Shown: positions 39,048 to 50,927, counted from the stretch's first letter. The stretch is DNA of 64,000 bases from Somniosus microcephalus (GCA_052327205.1 CM126226.1:48422001-48486000); one strand, 5' to 3'. Translations and numbers: made by a program. Notes: a model not told the origin generated them from the sequence alone.

Positions 39048-40434
39048 AACTGTGGACTTTTGCTTTATAGAATAATTTCAACACAGTAATGTGAAACCTA
39101 GAGCACCAACTTTTTGTGCCTTGTATAACTTTAAAATAATCCTCATCCCCCACTTAAAAAACCTTGTATATTAACACAACCTGCCGAATCAGACTCCAAG
39201 CCCTCCCAAAAATGATCACGTTCTAATTAAGCCTTTCTGAAACTTGAAAAAAAACCTCAAAGTGACGTGGTTTGGGGGTGGGGGGGGTGGGAAGAGGAAC
39301 AGTTTATTGTTTTTCAAAGAATCATTGAATGCAAGATTAAATTTAGGATAAACAAAGGGGGCGCATTAGTCAGGCATCAATCATTTTTCACTACAGATAT
39401 AAAGCAAGTAATTTTATACTGTTTAAACTGAGCATTTTAGGTAATGAACATAGGCTTTTCAGATACTCCAAGAAAGCATATTCAGCAGAAACAACAGTGG
39501 AGGATGTCAAACACAGATATATGAAATTCTAAAAGTAATGATTTATAGTGTTGTCAATCATGTTAATCTTTTTCCTTTTTTGAAAGAAATGAAAGCTAGT
39601 GGAGTGTGTGCTAGGAAGATCTACCATATAAATCTCTTGACAGCTTAAGATATTTACTCTGTTGCTAACCTTCTCGCCCTGATTGCATGCATTTGATAAA
39701 GATCAGCATCTTCCCAGAAACAACAGTACCGCCATACAACCCCACACTTTTTGAAGTGTCAGGCATCCTCAAGTGGACAGACATTTTTTGTAGATGCTGT
39801 GAACTCGGGGATAGTTTACTCTGACAGTTCAGGCTATGTAAAAAATCAAATTTTTTAAAAACTAAAATAACCCCTCTTGTACTGGACTTCCACTCTCATC
39901 GGCTCACCTCTGCAAATTCAGGAACTTGTGCTACTTCCAATTTTTGACAGATAGGCCATAACAGAGCTTCACATGGATATTGGCAGTTCCACAATCGTAG
40001 CTGCCGTATATACATAGCCTTCAAACAGCAGTTCAGCTGAGAAAGAAAATTCTTTATGAAAGCACAACAAACTCAAAAGAAAAGCTAAAAAAAAAATGTT
40101 GCGATGTGGAGACACACATCAAGACACGACTGCCTGGAAACAACAGATAACCAAAACTGGAGCCAGATAAAGCATTAGCATTCCAGTGGGAAACAACTGT
40201 AAAATACTGCAACTATAAACAGAGGTGAGCTTTCAAACTGATTTTTACTCCGAATTAAAAATAATTAAAACTAGAGTTTCCATAGAAAACTTTAACCTTG
40301 TGCAAAATTAACCTCGAGTTCTCTCTCAATGTAAATGGGGGTCATGATGAGCCACTGTACTGATGCATATGTACTGCAATTCAGACTTCTGGATGAAATA
40401 AATTTCTTTCAATCCCCATCTCTCGAAAATAACA

Positions 40435-40830
40435 GAAAGGACGCGACTGTTGCCAATGAAATAAAGTCGTTGCGCAGGCGCAGTTATAGTGGTTTTGTGT
40501 TTGTTCTCGCCGGACTTCCCACAGATTAGTGAGAGAAAGGCGAGGAGTGGAAATTTCAGGAATTGTGAGGTCTGTAATGTGACTTGAAGGCAATATTAGG
40601 ATGTTGTCAGATTGCGAGAGTTTTATTGTAATCTCGCGGAGTGTGTTTATCGCTATCAGGTCCTCTGTCGGTTGTGGTTTGCAGACGCGGCTGGTGAACA
40701 GAATGCAGGCGCAGGATGTTGGGATTTAATCGGCTGGTTAAGGATCATTGAGAGTAGAGACAGTGCGGAGAGATAGTGAGAGGAGAGAAGATAGTGCTTC
40801 TGCAGTCGTTGGCAGAAATCACTCCGTAAC
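40435..40830. promoter_or_regulatory. Small CpG-enriched patch with housekeeping-promoter-type motifs
   Basis: NRF1-type TGCGCAGGCGCA at 40471-40482; TTGCGAGA and TCTCGCGGA (BANP-like, imperfect) at ~40612-40640; CpG clearly above the flanks. Confidence 0.35.
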
Positions 40831-41818
40831 AAAAATGCAATTCTTACCTTGGAGCCCAGATAGAAGAAACACAAATCATAATTATTGGCTTGTTAATTGG
40901 CTTTCCTACAACAGTGACAAAAATACTTCATTGGATGTAAAGCGCTTTGGGACGTCCAGAGGTCATATAAAAGCAATTTTTGTTTTAACTTGATGCCATG
41001 ATCACACAATGGTGAAGCAAGCCTCTTTTAATTCTAGGTTTTGAATGGTTAATTCCTCTGTATGGTCGATCGTGCCCACAGTTACTTTGAACATTCAGAA
41101 AAGAAAGCAGACAAGCAACACTGCAAACTCTTTTAGATCAAATGTCACCGCAGCTATCTAGATCAGTTAAAGATATGTCAGCCAAGTAGTCAAGGAATGT
41201 CCAAACCACAGTATTTTTTTCCCAGCCACTGAATCAACAGAGAACAAAACTCTTACTGTACATTGCATCAAACAAGTGAACTAATGTCAACAAAAGTCAG
41301 TATCACAATACAGCAGTTAGGTATCACTTAAAGCTGGCCTTCAGTAAATTCCAACAGTCAAAAGATTTTATGGAACCAGTACGAAGCGCACTGGATTTTC
41401 TACAAATATCCATTAAACTGGATATCCAAAAATTGCAGATAATTCTACTATTTTACACATCTAACAGATGCGGCCTCTGTGACACTATATATCGATTGGC
41501 AATTAAAGGTACCATTATCTATATATTTTTTTAAAACTACTTTCCATGGTGGAAACCTGGAGAAACAAAAGTAAATTGATAGTCGGTGGGATAAACTGCA
41601 GACGTGCAAATGTCCCTTCATTTTTCTGTTGCTTGTACATGTACTTGCAGCCAACCAATTCAGAAGCAAAGAAGCCTCTGTAGTTTTACCTTGACGACCC
41701 ATTATTCCATGTGTGATGCTGGCCGTATTTTTAAAAAAAGACTGGTTTTCTATGATCCAGAACCATTTTTACATGCAGCAGGGGATCATTTCATTTTGCT
41801 TTTGAAGAAAATCTTTAC

Positions 41819-41982
41819 CTGCCCCATTGTAGTACAGTCACATCTGGAAATTGGCCACGGGAGACAAGTGGAGCAGGCTTTGCTGGCAGAGCGATCTGGA
41901 GCTGCACCTTTGTCAACCAGATTGTCATCTGATCCAGTCAGTTCTACTTCCTGCAAAGTTGCAGTGGCAATTTCTGCCTCAC
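41819..41982 (-). CDS. Putative internal exon (164 nt) of an unidentified minus-strand gene
   Basis: Acceptor aaacttacacttgttttAG, donor CAG|GTAAAG; open frame (phase 1 to phase 0) EAEIATATLQEVELTGSDDNLVDKGAAPDRSASKACSTCLPWPISRCDCTTMGQ; higher GC than flanks; could instead be a 5'UTR exon ending in ATG GGG CAG. Confidence 0.45.
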
Positions 41983-42844
41983 CTAAAACAAGTGTAAGTT
42001 TGAGCTTTTCTCACTCCAGGGCTAGTATCAAGTGGTTATCGGTACAAGTAGATCTCTATCGCCATAGCTTCCAACCCAGACTGGTTTAGAGATTTGTTAT
42101 GTTGTAAGGGCTCTCAATTTCATCCCAATTTTGTAGAACCTGATATCTGTGAAGTGCATTGAACTTTTCGCACCTACTGTCAGGGTGCTGTCAGTTCAAG
42201 ACACCAGCATCCTTTTAACTGCAGTACAAGGTTTTTCAATATGTGAACTGTTTCCTTTAACTGTCAAGCAGCTAAAAGAACAGATTCCACCCAACACACA
42301 TTACACCGAGGGTGAACGTCAACACAATGGGCATCAATGAAAAAGGTTTTAGCATTTTCAATTTCCAGTCACTTAACTGGAGCTGAACAACTCGGAACTT
42401 GCAGCTCATAATGACCAGGTTCCACAATTATTCAAATATGGCAAAAATGTTCTTTATACTGTATTATTTTATGGTAACATAGCAAAAGAGTCCCATCAAA
42501 GCACCTTTGTTCCAACGTTTTCAATTTTTCGTTTTGGATCAAAGACTGAGGTTGAGCAGAAATTATTCTTTAATTATTAGCATTACAAACCCTGGCTCCC
42601 TAAGGGTGCTGACATACAAGGTTAAATTTATGACAGCAACGTCTGCAAAAATCACTTTTATTCAACAAAACCATTAGAATCATGCAAGTCCTAACAAATA
42701 CTGCAAAGAAAAAAGACCAACTGGCTCACGTAATTGACAAAAACCTTCCTCAAACAAGATTTTAATTTCAAGGCAAAAATTGGGAGGGGGATGAGAGTTT
42801 GAGTTATAAAACATACCATAAATTCTCTTTAGTGTCACAGATGG

Positions 42845-43000
42845 CAAGCTGACTACGGCCAGATAGGTTCCAGGTTCAATTCCCAATCGGTCTTGCATAA
42901 CAATAGGGGCAATAACATTGGCCTCAGCACACCAGGTCAGGGAGGGGAGATGTGGGCAGGGTTCTCTATCCTGATTGTTACCAAGTGTGTGTGCATGTGC
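42845..43000 (+). mobile_element. Old SINE fragment (family A)
   Basis: aggttccaggttcaattccc..attggcctcagcacacc..agggaggggaga..cagggttc..tcctgattg. Confidence 0.55.
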
Positions 43001-43109
43001 ATTTAAAAACGTGGTAGCACAAAAGGTGCTAGCATATAACACGTGTCACGGATTTGGGTTTTTTTTAGCGTCTGCAGTTAATCTACCCTCTCCATCACCA
43101 AGACCACCT

Positions 43110-43640
43110 GGAGCTGCTCGACCTTGGGAGGCGATGGCTTTCACTGTGCAGGAGGCGAGGGCCGAGGACACGGTGCACATTGCTCGAATGATCAAGGTGT
43201 ATACTGGGGGTAAATAGGGGCACAGCAAAAGACGGCGATGGTGAAGAGGAGGCCGCATTGGAGCATTCACATCCCGACGATGTGTTCGGCGAGTCGGGCA
43301 GAGGAGCGCAGCGCAACGAGCAGCAGCAGCAGACTCGCGACACGCTGCAGCACGTCGGCCGGCAGCTCCATTTCGGGTAACTCGCAGTCCGGATGGGAGG
43401 AGGGGAGCCGGACATGGTGGGAGAAGCAGGCCACCACACGCGGAGCCGGCAACAGTGAGGAGGCCGCGGTGACGAGGAGGACGGAGCGGCTGAGGGACAT
43501 CGTGCTCCCACTGCCACGGGAAGCCATTGTATTGACTCTGAACGCGGCGCTGTATGTCTAGCTGACGCGTCCCTACGGGGAACAAGCATTCCATTGTACT
43601 TGTTACATATGGCAAATAAATCTAATCTGAATCTGAATCT
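43110..43640 (+). mobile_element. Chimeric retroposed insert: SAT-like exon 1 + GC-rich body + LINE-type (Rex/Babar-like) 3' tail
   Basis: Splits a contiguous L2 sequence; CpG-rich; ends ccattgtacttgttacatatggcaaATAAA + tctaatctgaatctgaatct microsatellite tail; no TSD. Confidence 0.75.
43134..43196 (+). pseudogene. SAT2: Isolated first coding exon of a diamine/thialysine N-acetyltransferase (SAT1/SAT2 family, GNAT)
   Basis: MAFTVQEARAEDTVHIARMIK resembles SAT2 [22 protein letters not shown] and SAT1 [22 protein letters not shown] (recalled); good Kozak gcgATGG; similarity stops at the known exon-1 boundary (..IK|GT). SAT2 vs SAT1 assignment is tentative. Confidence 0.62.
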
Positions 43641-44279
43641 TCCACCTCCATAGCACTGCCCGTCTCCACCCTGCTTCAGCTCATTTGCTGCTGAAACCCT
43701 CAGCCGTGCCTCTGTTAAATCTAGACTCAACTATTTCAAGGCTCACCGAGCCGGCCTCCAACTTTTCATCCTCCGTAAACTTGAGCTCATCCAAAACTCT
43801 GCTGCCCGTGTCCTAACTCGCACCGAGCCCCATTCAACCATCACCCTGTGCTTGCTGACATTGACTCCCAGACCGGCAATGTCTCAATTTAAAATTTCTC
43901 ATCCATGTTTTCAAATCCCTCCATGGTATCGCCCCTCCCTATCTTTGTAACGTCCTCCAGCCCTACAACCCTCCCAAGATCTCTGTGCTCCTCCAATTCT
44001 GGCCACTTGCGCATCCCTGATTCATCACTTCACCTTGACAGCTGTGCCTTCAGATGCCGAGGCCCGAAGCTCTGAAATTCTCTCCCTAAATCTCTCCGCC
44101 TCTCTTTCCTCCTTTAAGACGCTCCTTAAAACCTCTCTCTTTCACCAAGCTTTTAGTGACCTGTCCGAACATCTCTATGTGGCTCGGTGTCAAATTTTGT
44201 TTGATTACGCCCGTGAAGCGACTTGCGACGTTTTAATACGTTAAAGGCGCTATATAAATATACATTGTAGTTGTTGCTC

Positions 44280-44480
44280 TTGAGATCTATGATCGGATAC
44301 TAAAATTCGAACCAACAGATGGCAGTCCGACAAAGCTGGATAACGGAGGAGAGTGTCGGAAGAGGACAGTGTTGCTAACCATGTCAGAGGGTATCATTTG
44401 TGACTTTGATTAGGGCCATTTCAGTACTGTGGCAGTCGCAGTGGGAAAAATTGAATGTTGAGATTCAAAATCAGGAACTG
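44280..44480 (-). mobile_element. Degraded L2 fragment
   Basis: ggagagtgtcggaagaggacag..catttgtgactttgattagggccatttcagtactgtggcag (reverse HSTE.ALIKVTND RT motif). Confidence 0.6.
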
Positions 44481-45015
44481 CATGGGTTCATGACCAGGGC
44501 ATGGGAGCCTGGGGGAAGGTTTGTCTTGACAGGCATGGGGAAGTGGGTGAAGCAGCAGAGCAGACTTAGTGACAAAGAAGTCTATGAGCTCCTCACACTT
44601 GTTACGAGGTGAGGATAGAGAGGGCAGGGAAACGGGTTTATGAGATGTTTGGTGGTGGTAAAACGCCAGGATTTATCTTTACTCTTCAAGATGATCCTGA
44701 AGTAGTGGGTAGTTTTAGCAGAGGAAAGAGAGGCCCAAAAATGTTTGAGGTGGTCCGGCCAGACCTGGCTGCTAGATGGCTAAACCAGTTGTGCACCAGA
44801 TGTGCTCAAGTCTGCTCCTCTTGGACTTGAGGAATCAGAGATGGGGGTCATATGGGGGAACGACCAGGGTGAGAGAGCGTAAAGGTTTTGCTGGTGAGAG
44901 ATCCCCCCCCCACAGAGGTGAATGCAGGAAGGTTGAAAAGGGGTGGGGGGGGGGGTGCGTGGTGAGGGATACAAGGAAGTGGTCGGAAATGGCCTCATCG
45001 GTAAATCGAGGCCAC

Positions 45016-45043
45016 GGGGGGGGGGGGGGGGGGGGGGGGGGGG
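45016..45043 (+). repeat. Poly(G) tract (28 nt)
   Basis: Direct reading. Confidence 0.9.
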
Positions 45044-45364
45044 TGGACAGGCCGCGTAAGATGGCAACATTGAGGAGGCTGGGATGAATACAGGTAGGAG
45101 AGTTTATATGGAGGGAGAAGTTTAGAGAGGACAGGAAAACACTGAATTCAGAGGAGAGGACAAGGAGAGCAGAGACAGAGCTTGAAATCACTGAGGATAA
45201 CGAGCCTCTCAGTAAGAAGGCGCAGGAAGGAAAGGAGGGAGGATATCCCGGAGAGAAATCCCATCCCAGCATTTGCTCTACATTACCAAACATTTAATTT
45301 GCCAGTAGCTTGCGATTTTTAAGTATGCATTAAATCATTCCAAATTTCAGTTGGTACCCAGTTT

Positions 45365-45470
45365 GCAACTGTGCCTTATAGAGCATGAAAATTCTTGGTT
45401 CAATCACTGGTTTGTGTTGTTAACTGATCTCTGCCAGGAAAGGCAAAATTGGACTCAGCACCCCTGAGCT

Positions 45471-45542
<72 letters not shown>

Positions 45543-45655
45543 AAAAAAATCAGCCAGGCTTCCCACTCCGGATCGCTATCGAGTTATTCCTTCCGGAACT
45601 GCATTTCTGTAGATACTAGCTGAGGGCAAGGTTAGGCTTGGGTGTGATGTCTGCC
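45365..45655 (+). mobile_element. Old SINE (family A) containing an expanded (GA)n
   Basis: ggttcaatc..aattggactcagcacccctgagctaggga[GA]n aaaatcagccagg..ccggatcgctatc..ggttaggcttgggtgtgatg. Confidence 0.6.
45474..45539 (+). repeat. (GA)n microsatellite, ~33 units
   Basis: Direct reading. Confidence 0.95.
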
Positions 45656-45740
45656 ACAATCTCTTTTTTCCCTCTTTCAATGTCACAAACAACACACGGT
45701 GCTTCAATTAATCTAACAATAAAGGCATAGCTAGTATAGA

Positions 45741-45768
45741 GACACACACACACACACACACACACACA
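45741..45768 (+). repeat. (AC)n microsatellite
   Basis: Direct reading. Confidence 0.93.
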
Positions 45769-47920
45769 TCTGCAACTGGGAAGAAAAAGGACATAAACCG
45801 CTGCAAGCTCAAAATGTATTGATAGCTGAAGAATCCTCAAGGCATTAGATGGCATTATTCAGCTCACGCAAGCTCGCAGATCAGTATTAATGCAGCAACC
45901 AGTATCCATCAAAGCCAATTACCCAAGGGAGTTACTACTGCTAGGACTGCGCTATATGTACACCTTCTGTAACCGTCAAAGACTGCACTCGAGAGATCTT
46001 TGGGCATCTGTCACAGCCAATTACTCAAATGTTTTCTTAATGCCAGGATCAAGCTGATCAGTGTACAGAAATCTTTTTATGAAGACATGGCAAAATGTAT
46101 TGAGCAAATGTTGGCTCAAGTAATGGTTTATTATAACTATATATTCTTCCCCTGCCCCTACACTTTTCATTATATTTAAGTACATAGCTGAAGTAAATGC
46201 TTAGAATTCAGTGTCGTACCTTGGGTTTTATTGTGAAAATGCACTTAATATATTCCAAGTTCTCAAAGATGTTTTGCTGTTAGAGACATCCATGCCAACC
46301 CTGACTAAAATGGGAATCTCAGTTATTACCAGATATCCCAAATGTACAATAGAATCTTGATTATTAAATACACACCTGCCAATTAGCATTATGTATTTCT
46401 ATAAAGTACAGATAAAAATAACCATTTAGAAATCTTTGAATTGTTTAAATTAACAAATGGGGTGCGACGAGTGTAAATGAAAAGAAATACACATTCTATG
46501 CAAGTGATCAGACTTTCAAAATGGTCTCTGTAGGTTTATTCTGTCAAGATTTTAAAAATAAGTTATGCTTTGATTCAAAATTAGCTGCAAAAGAATGATC
46601 ACCAGCTTGGACACTGGAATTATATGCTAGGATCAGGTGGGTGTTTATCTGGAGGAAATATATTTAACTACTTATTTATGCAACTGTTATCGGACGTTTT
46701 CAAGGGCAAATCGCAAAACAGACTGGACCATGTAATGAGAAGTTATTTAAGTGATAAATGTAGGACTCTCATGCTGTACTAGACAGTGAACAGCCCTTGT
46801 AAAGTGAACGAACACTAGCATTTTAATGGCAACAAGGTTTTTTTGGCATGTACATAAGACTCCTACATTTATCATACCACGATTAAAAAAAAGTATTTAT
46901 AATACAGAAATAAAAATCAATAAGGCTATTTGTGTACCATGATTTCTAGAACCAAAATAAGTCATTCATATTTAAATGAAGCCTAAATGTGTTAATAGGA
47001 CAGCCACTTAATCAGTAACATACTAAATATGATGATTTCCCTTTGCAATGACTACCTTATGAGATATGCTTATTATAAAATTGCTGTTATAAAACAATTG
47101 CCACATCTATGTATTTCATATAGAACAATAATGTATATTACTAGCTGGAGGTATTCACCTCTATGCAATAAATAATGTATTAACTTTGTTGTAAGTATAT
47201 CACAATCATAAATCCTTCCACAAGCCTGTTCACCAACTATATCAATTGTCCTGACCAATATTCACTGTGACACCTGTACCAGCAAACACAAAATAACATA
47301 CAGGAGAGAAGTATGTGCAGGAATAGTATGTGTGTGTTTATATGACAATCAAAAACCATTCCAGTCTTAATCTCACTCTCTGAACCTTTCAGTGAGACCA
47401 GTGCACTGTAATGACTCTATTTATAGTTGAACAATTGGAAGGCATAAATTGTTTCAGAAAACTTACAACAAAGATTATAGAAAGATTTTTAGATTCAACT
47501 TTCAAACAGCTAGAATGACTTGTGTGTACACGATGGAAATTGCCACAGAGAATGATTAGAATTATATTCTTCCATGAACACAAATTTTTTTTTAAAAATC
47601 AATCTTTCAAAAGAGTGGAATGTTAAAACAAAACTTGATTCCTTAAAATACTATTTTATCCATTCACCTAACGGTTATAATCACGGTTTAAAATTTCTCC
47701 CACACCAAAGAGCAGAATATTATTCCTTAAATACCCTGGGACAACAAAAAAAACACGAAAAATATTCACTTCCGGCTGGGCAAAATAAACATTATCCTTT
47801 TAATAAGGACCAGCAACAATGAAGGGCTGAAAGGTGAAAAATTTGCACATAAAATTTTAATGCTTAAACAAACAACCAGCTATATTCCTCACAGCTATTA
47901 TAATTTATCATATATGCAAC

Positions 47921-48303
47921 TGTAGCGGTTCGTGTAGATTGCCACTAAATAAGAGAGTTTGACTTCGACGAACTATTAACAAGTTGTTTATTTACAGGAA
48001 CAGACTAATTACATCAGGTAAGATGGCAGGTAAGATGGCTGACTGTAGGAGCACCGTGGTATAGGTCTTGTCCCAGCGGGGACTCCACGAGGACTAACTA
48101 GAAGTTTCCCAGCTCAACTGCCAGCAGGTTCCGAGCTCAACTGCCAGCAGGTTCCAAGCTCAACTGTTGGAAGGTTCCGAGCTCTGATGTCATGAATCAG
48201 AGTACAGGAGAGAAGCCTGAGTATAGTAACAGACACATACAGTAAGGTAAGTTAAAGGGAATTATGTATCTCAGTGTAAGGGACAACCGGTGGTACCGCC
48301 ACA
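47921..48303 (-). mobile_element. Solo LTR (383 bp), Gypsy/ERV-type
   Basis: Termini TGTAGCGGT...ACCGCCACA (8/9 inverted match, TG..CA); 4-bp TSD CAAC at 47917-47920 and 48304-48307; AATAAA on the minus strand near 47987; internal 22-bp tandem repeats. Confidence 0.8.
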
Positions 48304-49494
48304 CAACCATATTGTGTATTCATTGAGATAATATCCTTTCTTTATATTCAAATACTATTGGGGGGTATGTGTAAGGGCAGAAAGTGTGGAAAGGGAAAAA
48401 ATCTTTAAAATAAATCTTCGATGTGGTCACCTGTACCCACGATAAATTGATTTCTATCACTGTAACAGATGTTTCTCTTATTTTAGCAGCAAGAAAAATA
48501 TTGATACTATTTTACTAATAAACACTCAATATTGATTTCTGTTTAAAGAAGTGTTATGAAATGCAATCCTCCTCAACTAAAAATGCAAGCATTACTTAAG
48601 CTGCAGATCGATATAAATGATTCATGGTTTTGATATCACTCTGATGCAATCTTCTCCCCGAGGAATTTCCATGTAATTTCTTCATCATGGGACTCGAGCT
48701 GCTGTATTATTACAAAAAACTGCTTCTCAAGAACACAATCAGTGTACTGTATGTAGTTTAATATCAAACTGCATTAGTAATGCGATTAAATCACAGTAGT
48801 GCCTTTATTTCCATTTTAAAAATATCAAATCACATAATATTCTTCAGAGAAGCTCTCAGAATGGGCTCCAGTGCAACATCCATTGTTGAACAAGGTTTGT
48901 TGATTTCATCATTCACCTTGCGCCCAAGCCAAATTGAGAAACGACAATTATTCATGGGAAACAAGCTTAATAGGCGATCTCTTCAAAATACATGCACCAT
49001 TAAGAACACAGCAAGGCAGCACTGTGACCATAAAGCAACGGGGTGAACAATGCTGTTCATGTCTATTCAACCAGAAATTTGAGCATGAGCTGTCTGCACT
49101 GGACAAAAGACTTCTGATATGTGTCAACAGAAAGTAGATCATTCACATAACCAGATGCGGAAAGGTCAAATTTATAACTTTGAAAATGTATTTCCTACAC
49201 ACAAAAAAGCTCAAATCAAATGAACACAGGTCAAAAACACAAATTTGTAGGCGTGCCCAGATAAACCACAAACCACCGAAATAAGCTGAAAAATTCACCT
49301 TGCTGTTAAAGCCAAGATACAGTATATTGTTGGGACAGAGCGAAAAAGGCTTTACTCAGTATCTCACCAATAGTATGCCTGTCTAGTTGGCGCTCAAAGC
49401 TGCCACTAGGTGTCTAAATTATGTTTTTTAAATGTTTTATGCGGCAACGTTTATTCACCTCGACAAACAGAAAAATGAATAATACTAGTCAATT

Positions 49495-50235
49495 TCACGT
49501 GGCATTGCACACAGAGTCAAGACCAAGTGTCATCTTCAAGGTGCAGTGGAACTGGAGTCTGGGGTAATTGGACCAGGGAACTTCAATGTAATTCAGTCCC
49601 CATTTATGTCCTTACTTTTATATAATTATTTGTAGTTAAATAGCAACATTTATGGCAATTTAGGAAGCATGAGAAACAGAGTTGGTTGGAGAATAAGAAT
49701 TTCTATGCAGAACAAGAGGCAAAACGGAAGTGCTGCAGCACCACCACTGGCAGGAGGATATAATTCAGCATGATATTTACATAGGCAGTTTCCATTACAA
49801 ATGTGGACAAAGGAATTTATAATTGAAAAACGAACAGGAAGTGTATACAGTCTTTCGAATTTTAATATATTATTAGACAATCTCCCATGACGTTGCACAG
49901 GGAGTCAAGACCAAGTGAGATTAGAGGGCAGAGGACATACCAGAGTGCAAAGATTTGGATCAGGAAGCAAAGATAATTCAGTCCCCATTTTAAAATCATA
50001 CATTTTGTCCTTATTTTTGCAGTTCTATTATAAATTCAAATGTCCTCATTTCCAATGGAAACTACCTATGTAAAAATGTCACGCTGTAATTACACGCTCC
50101 CACCACTGGTGGTGCTGCAACACATCCATGATAAGTTTACATAGCCAGTTTCTATTATAAATGTGGACATAGGGATTTCTGATGGAAAACCTTGACATGA
50201 AGTGTGTGCAGACACAAGTTTTTTAATATAATGCA
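49495..50235. repeat. Diverged tandem duplication (~390-bp unit) containing a fold-back element
   Basis: ttgcaca..gagtcaagaccaagtg and taattcagtccccattt occur at ~49506/49589 and ~49893/49973; 50020-50128 is an inverted copy of 49726-49832. Confidence 0.75.
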
Positions 50236-50927
50236 GATAAATTGGCAAACAAATACGCCCCTATCATCTTAATAGAGCACTTTCACTTCTTGAGGCTCAC
50301 ATGGTGGAATGAACATCCAGGATTTTGACCCTTTTCATTTTCCACATTACCTTGGGGATCACGGAGACCTTTGTTACTTAGTTGATTGGTTTCTCTCTCT
50401 CCCTCTCCCTCCAATTCTTGCTCAAGTTCTAGATAAAAATAATGTTTCTATAATAGTACTCATTTATGAAAGGTCCTTATTTCAAGTGGACAAAGTTCTA
50501 TGACCAACATCAAATGTAATCTGGTTAATTTATGTCCATGGAGATATTGCTCCATTGTGTTATACAGATTAAACATGAGATATAGTTCTTTAAACTTCAA
50601 CATTTATGACAAGATTTGGATTTTTAAAACAGTCTTTTAAAAAAAAGTTGGGAGAGGCAGGGGGAATTAGGGAGAGAATTTCAGAGTGTGGGTCCTAGGT
50701 GGCTGAAAGCAGGGCCTCCAATGGTGGGGTGAAAGGGGGGGGGGGGCGGTTGTACAAAAAGCCAGAGATGGAAGAACAGAGAGTTGGGGGGGGGAAGAGA
50801 GGATTTGTAAGGCTAGAGGGGTTTACAGAGATAGGGATGGGCAAAGCAATGAAGGGATCTAAACACAAGAATGAGAATTTTAAATTGCAAACATTAGGGG
50901 ATGGGGAGCCGATGTAGGTTAGCAACA

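Larger units (their letters stand above)
43085..44275 (+). mobile_element. L2-clade LINE 3' fragment, interrupted at 43110-43640
   Basis: LSITKTT / FHL..ARL.P..SSFAAETL..A.V.SRL RT C-terminus; tail ctcctttaagacgctccttaaaacc..ttaaaggcgctatataaat..(GTT)n. Confidence 0.88.

Noticed and set aside
41604-42089. 161-aa + strand ORF
   Set aside because: Non-ATG start and no domain; likely the antisense shadow of the minus-strand exon candidate.
43046-43730. Overlapping long ORFs (189, 211, 107 aa) suggesting a real gene
   Set aside because: Explained by the GC-rich, stop-poor insert; they cross TE junctions and have no recognisable domain.
44490-45290. Purine/G-rich region with Gly/Pro-rich ORFs
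   Set aside because: ORFs derive from poly(G) and low complexity; probably decayed repeat sequence that I cannot classify.
48111-48183. Short direct repeats as a possible CRISPR-like array
   Set aside because: Contiguous tandem units with no spacers, inside a eukaryotic LTR.
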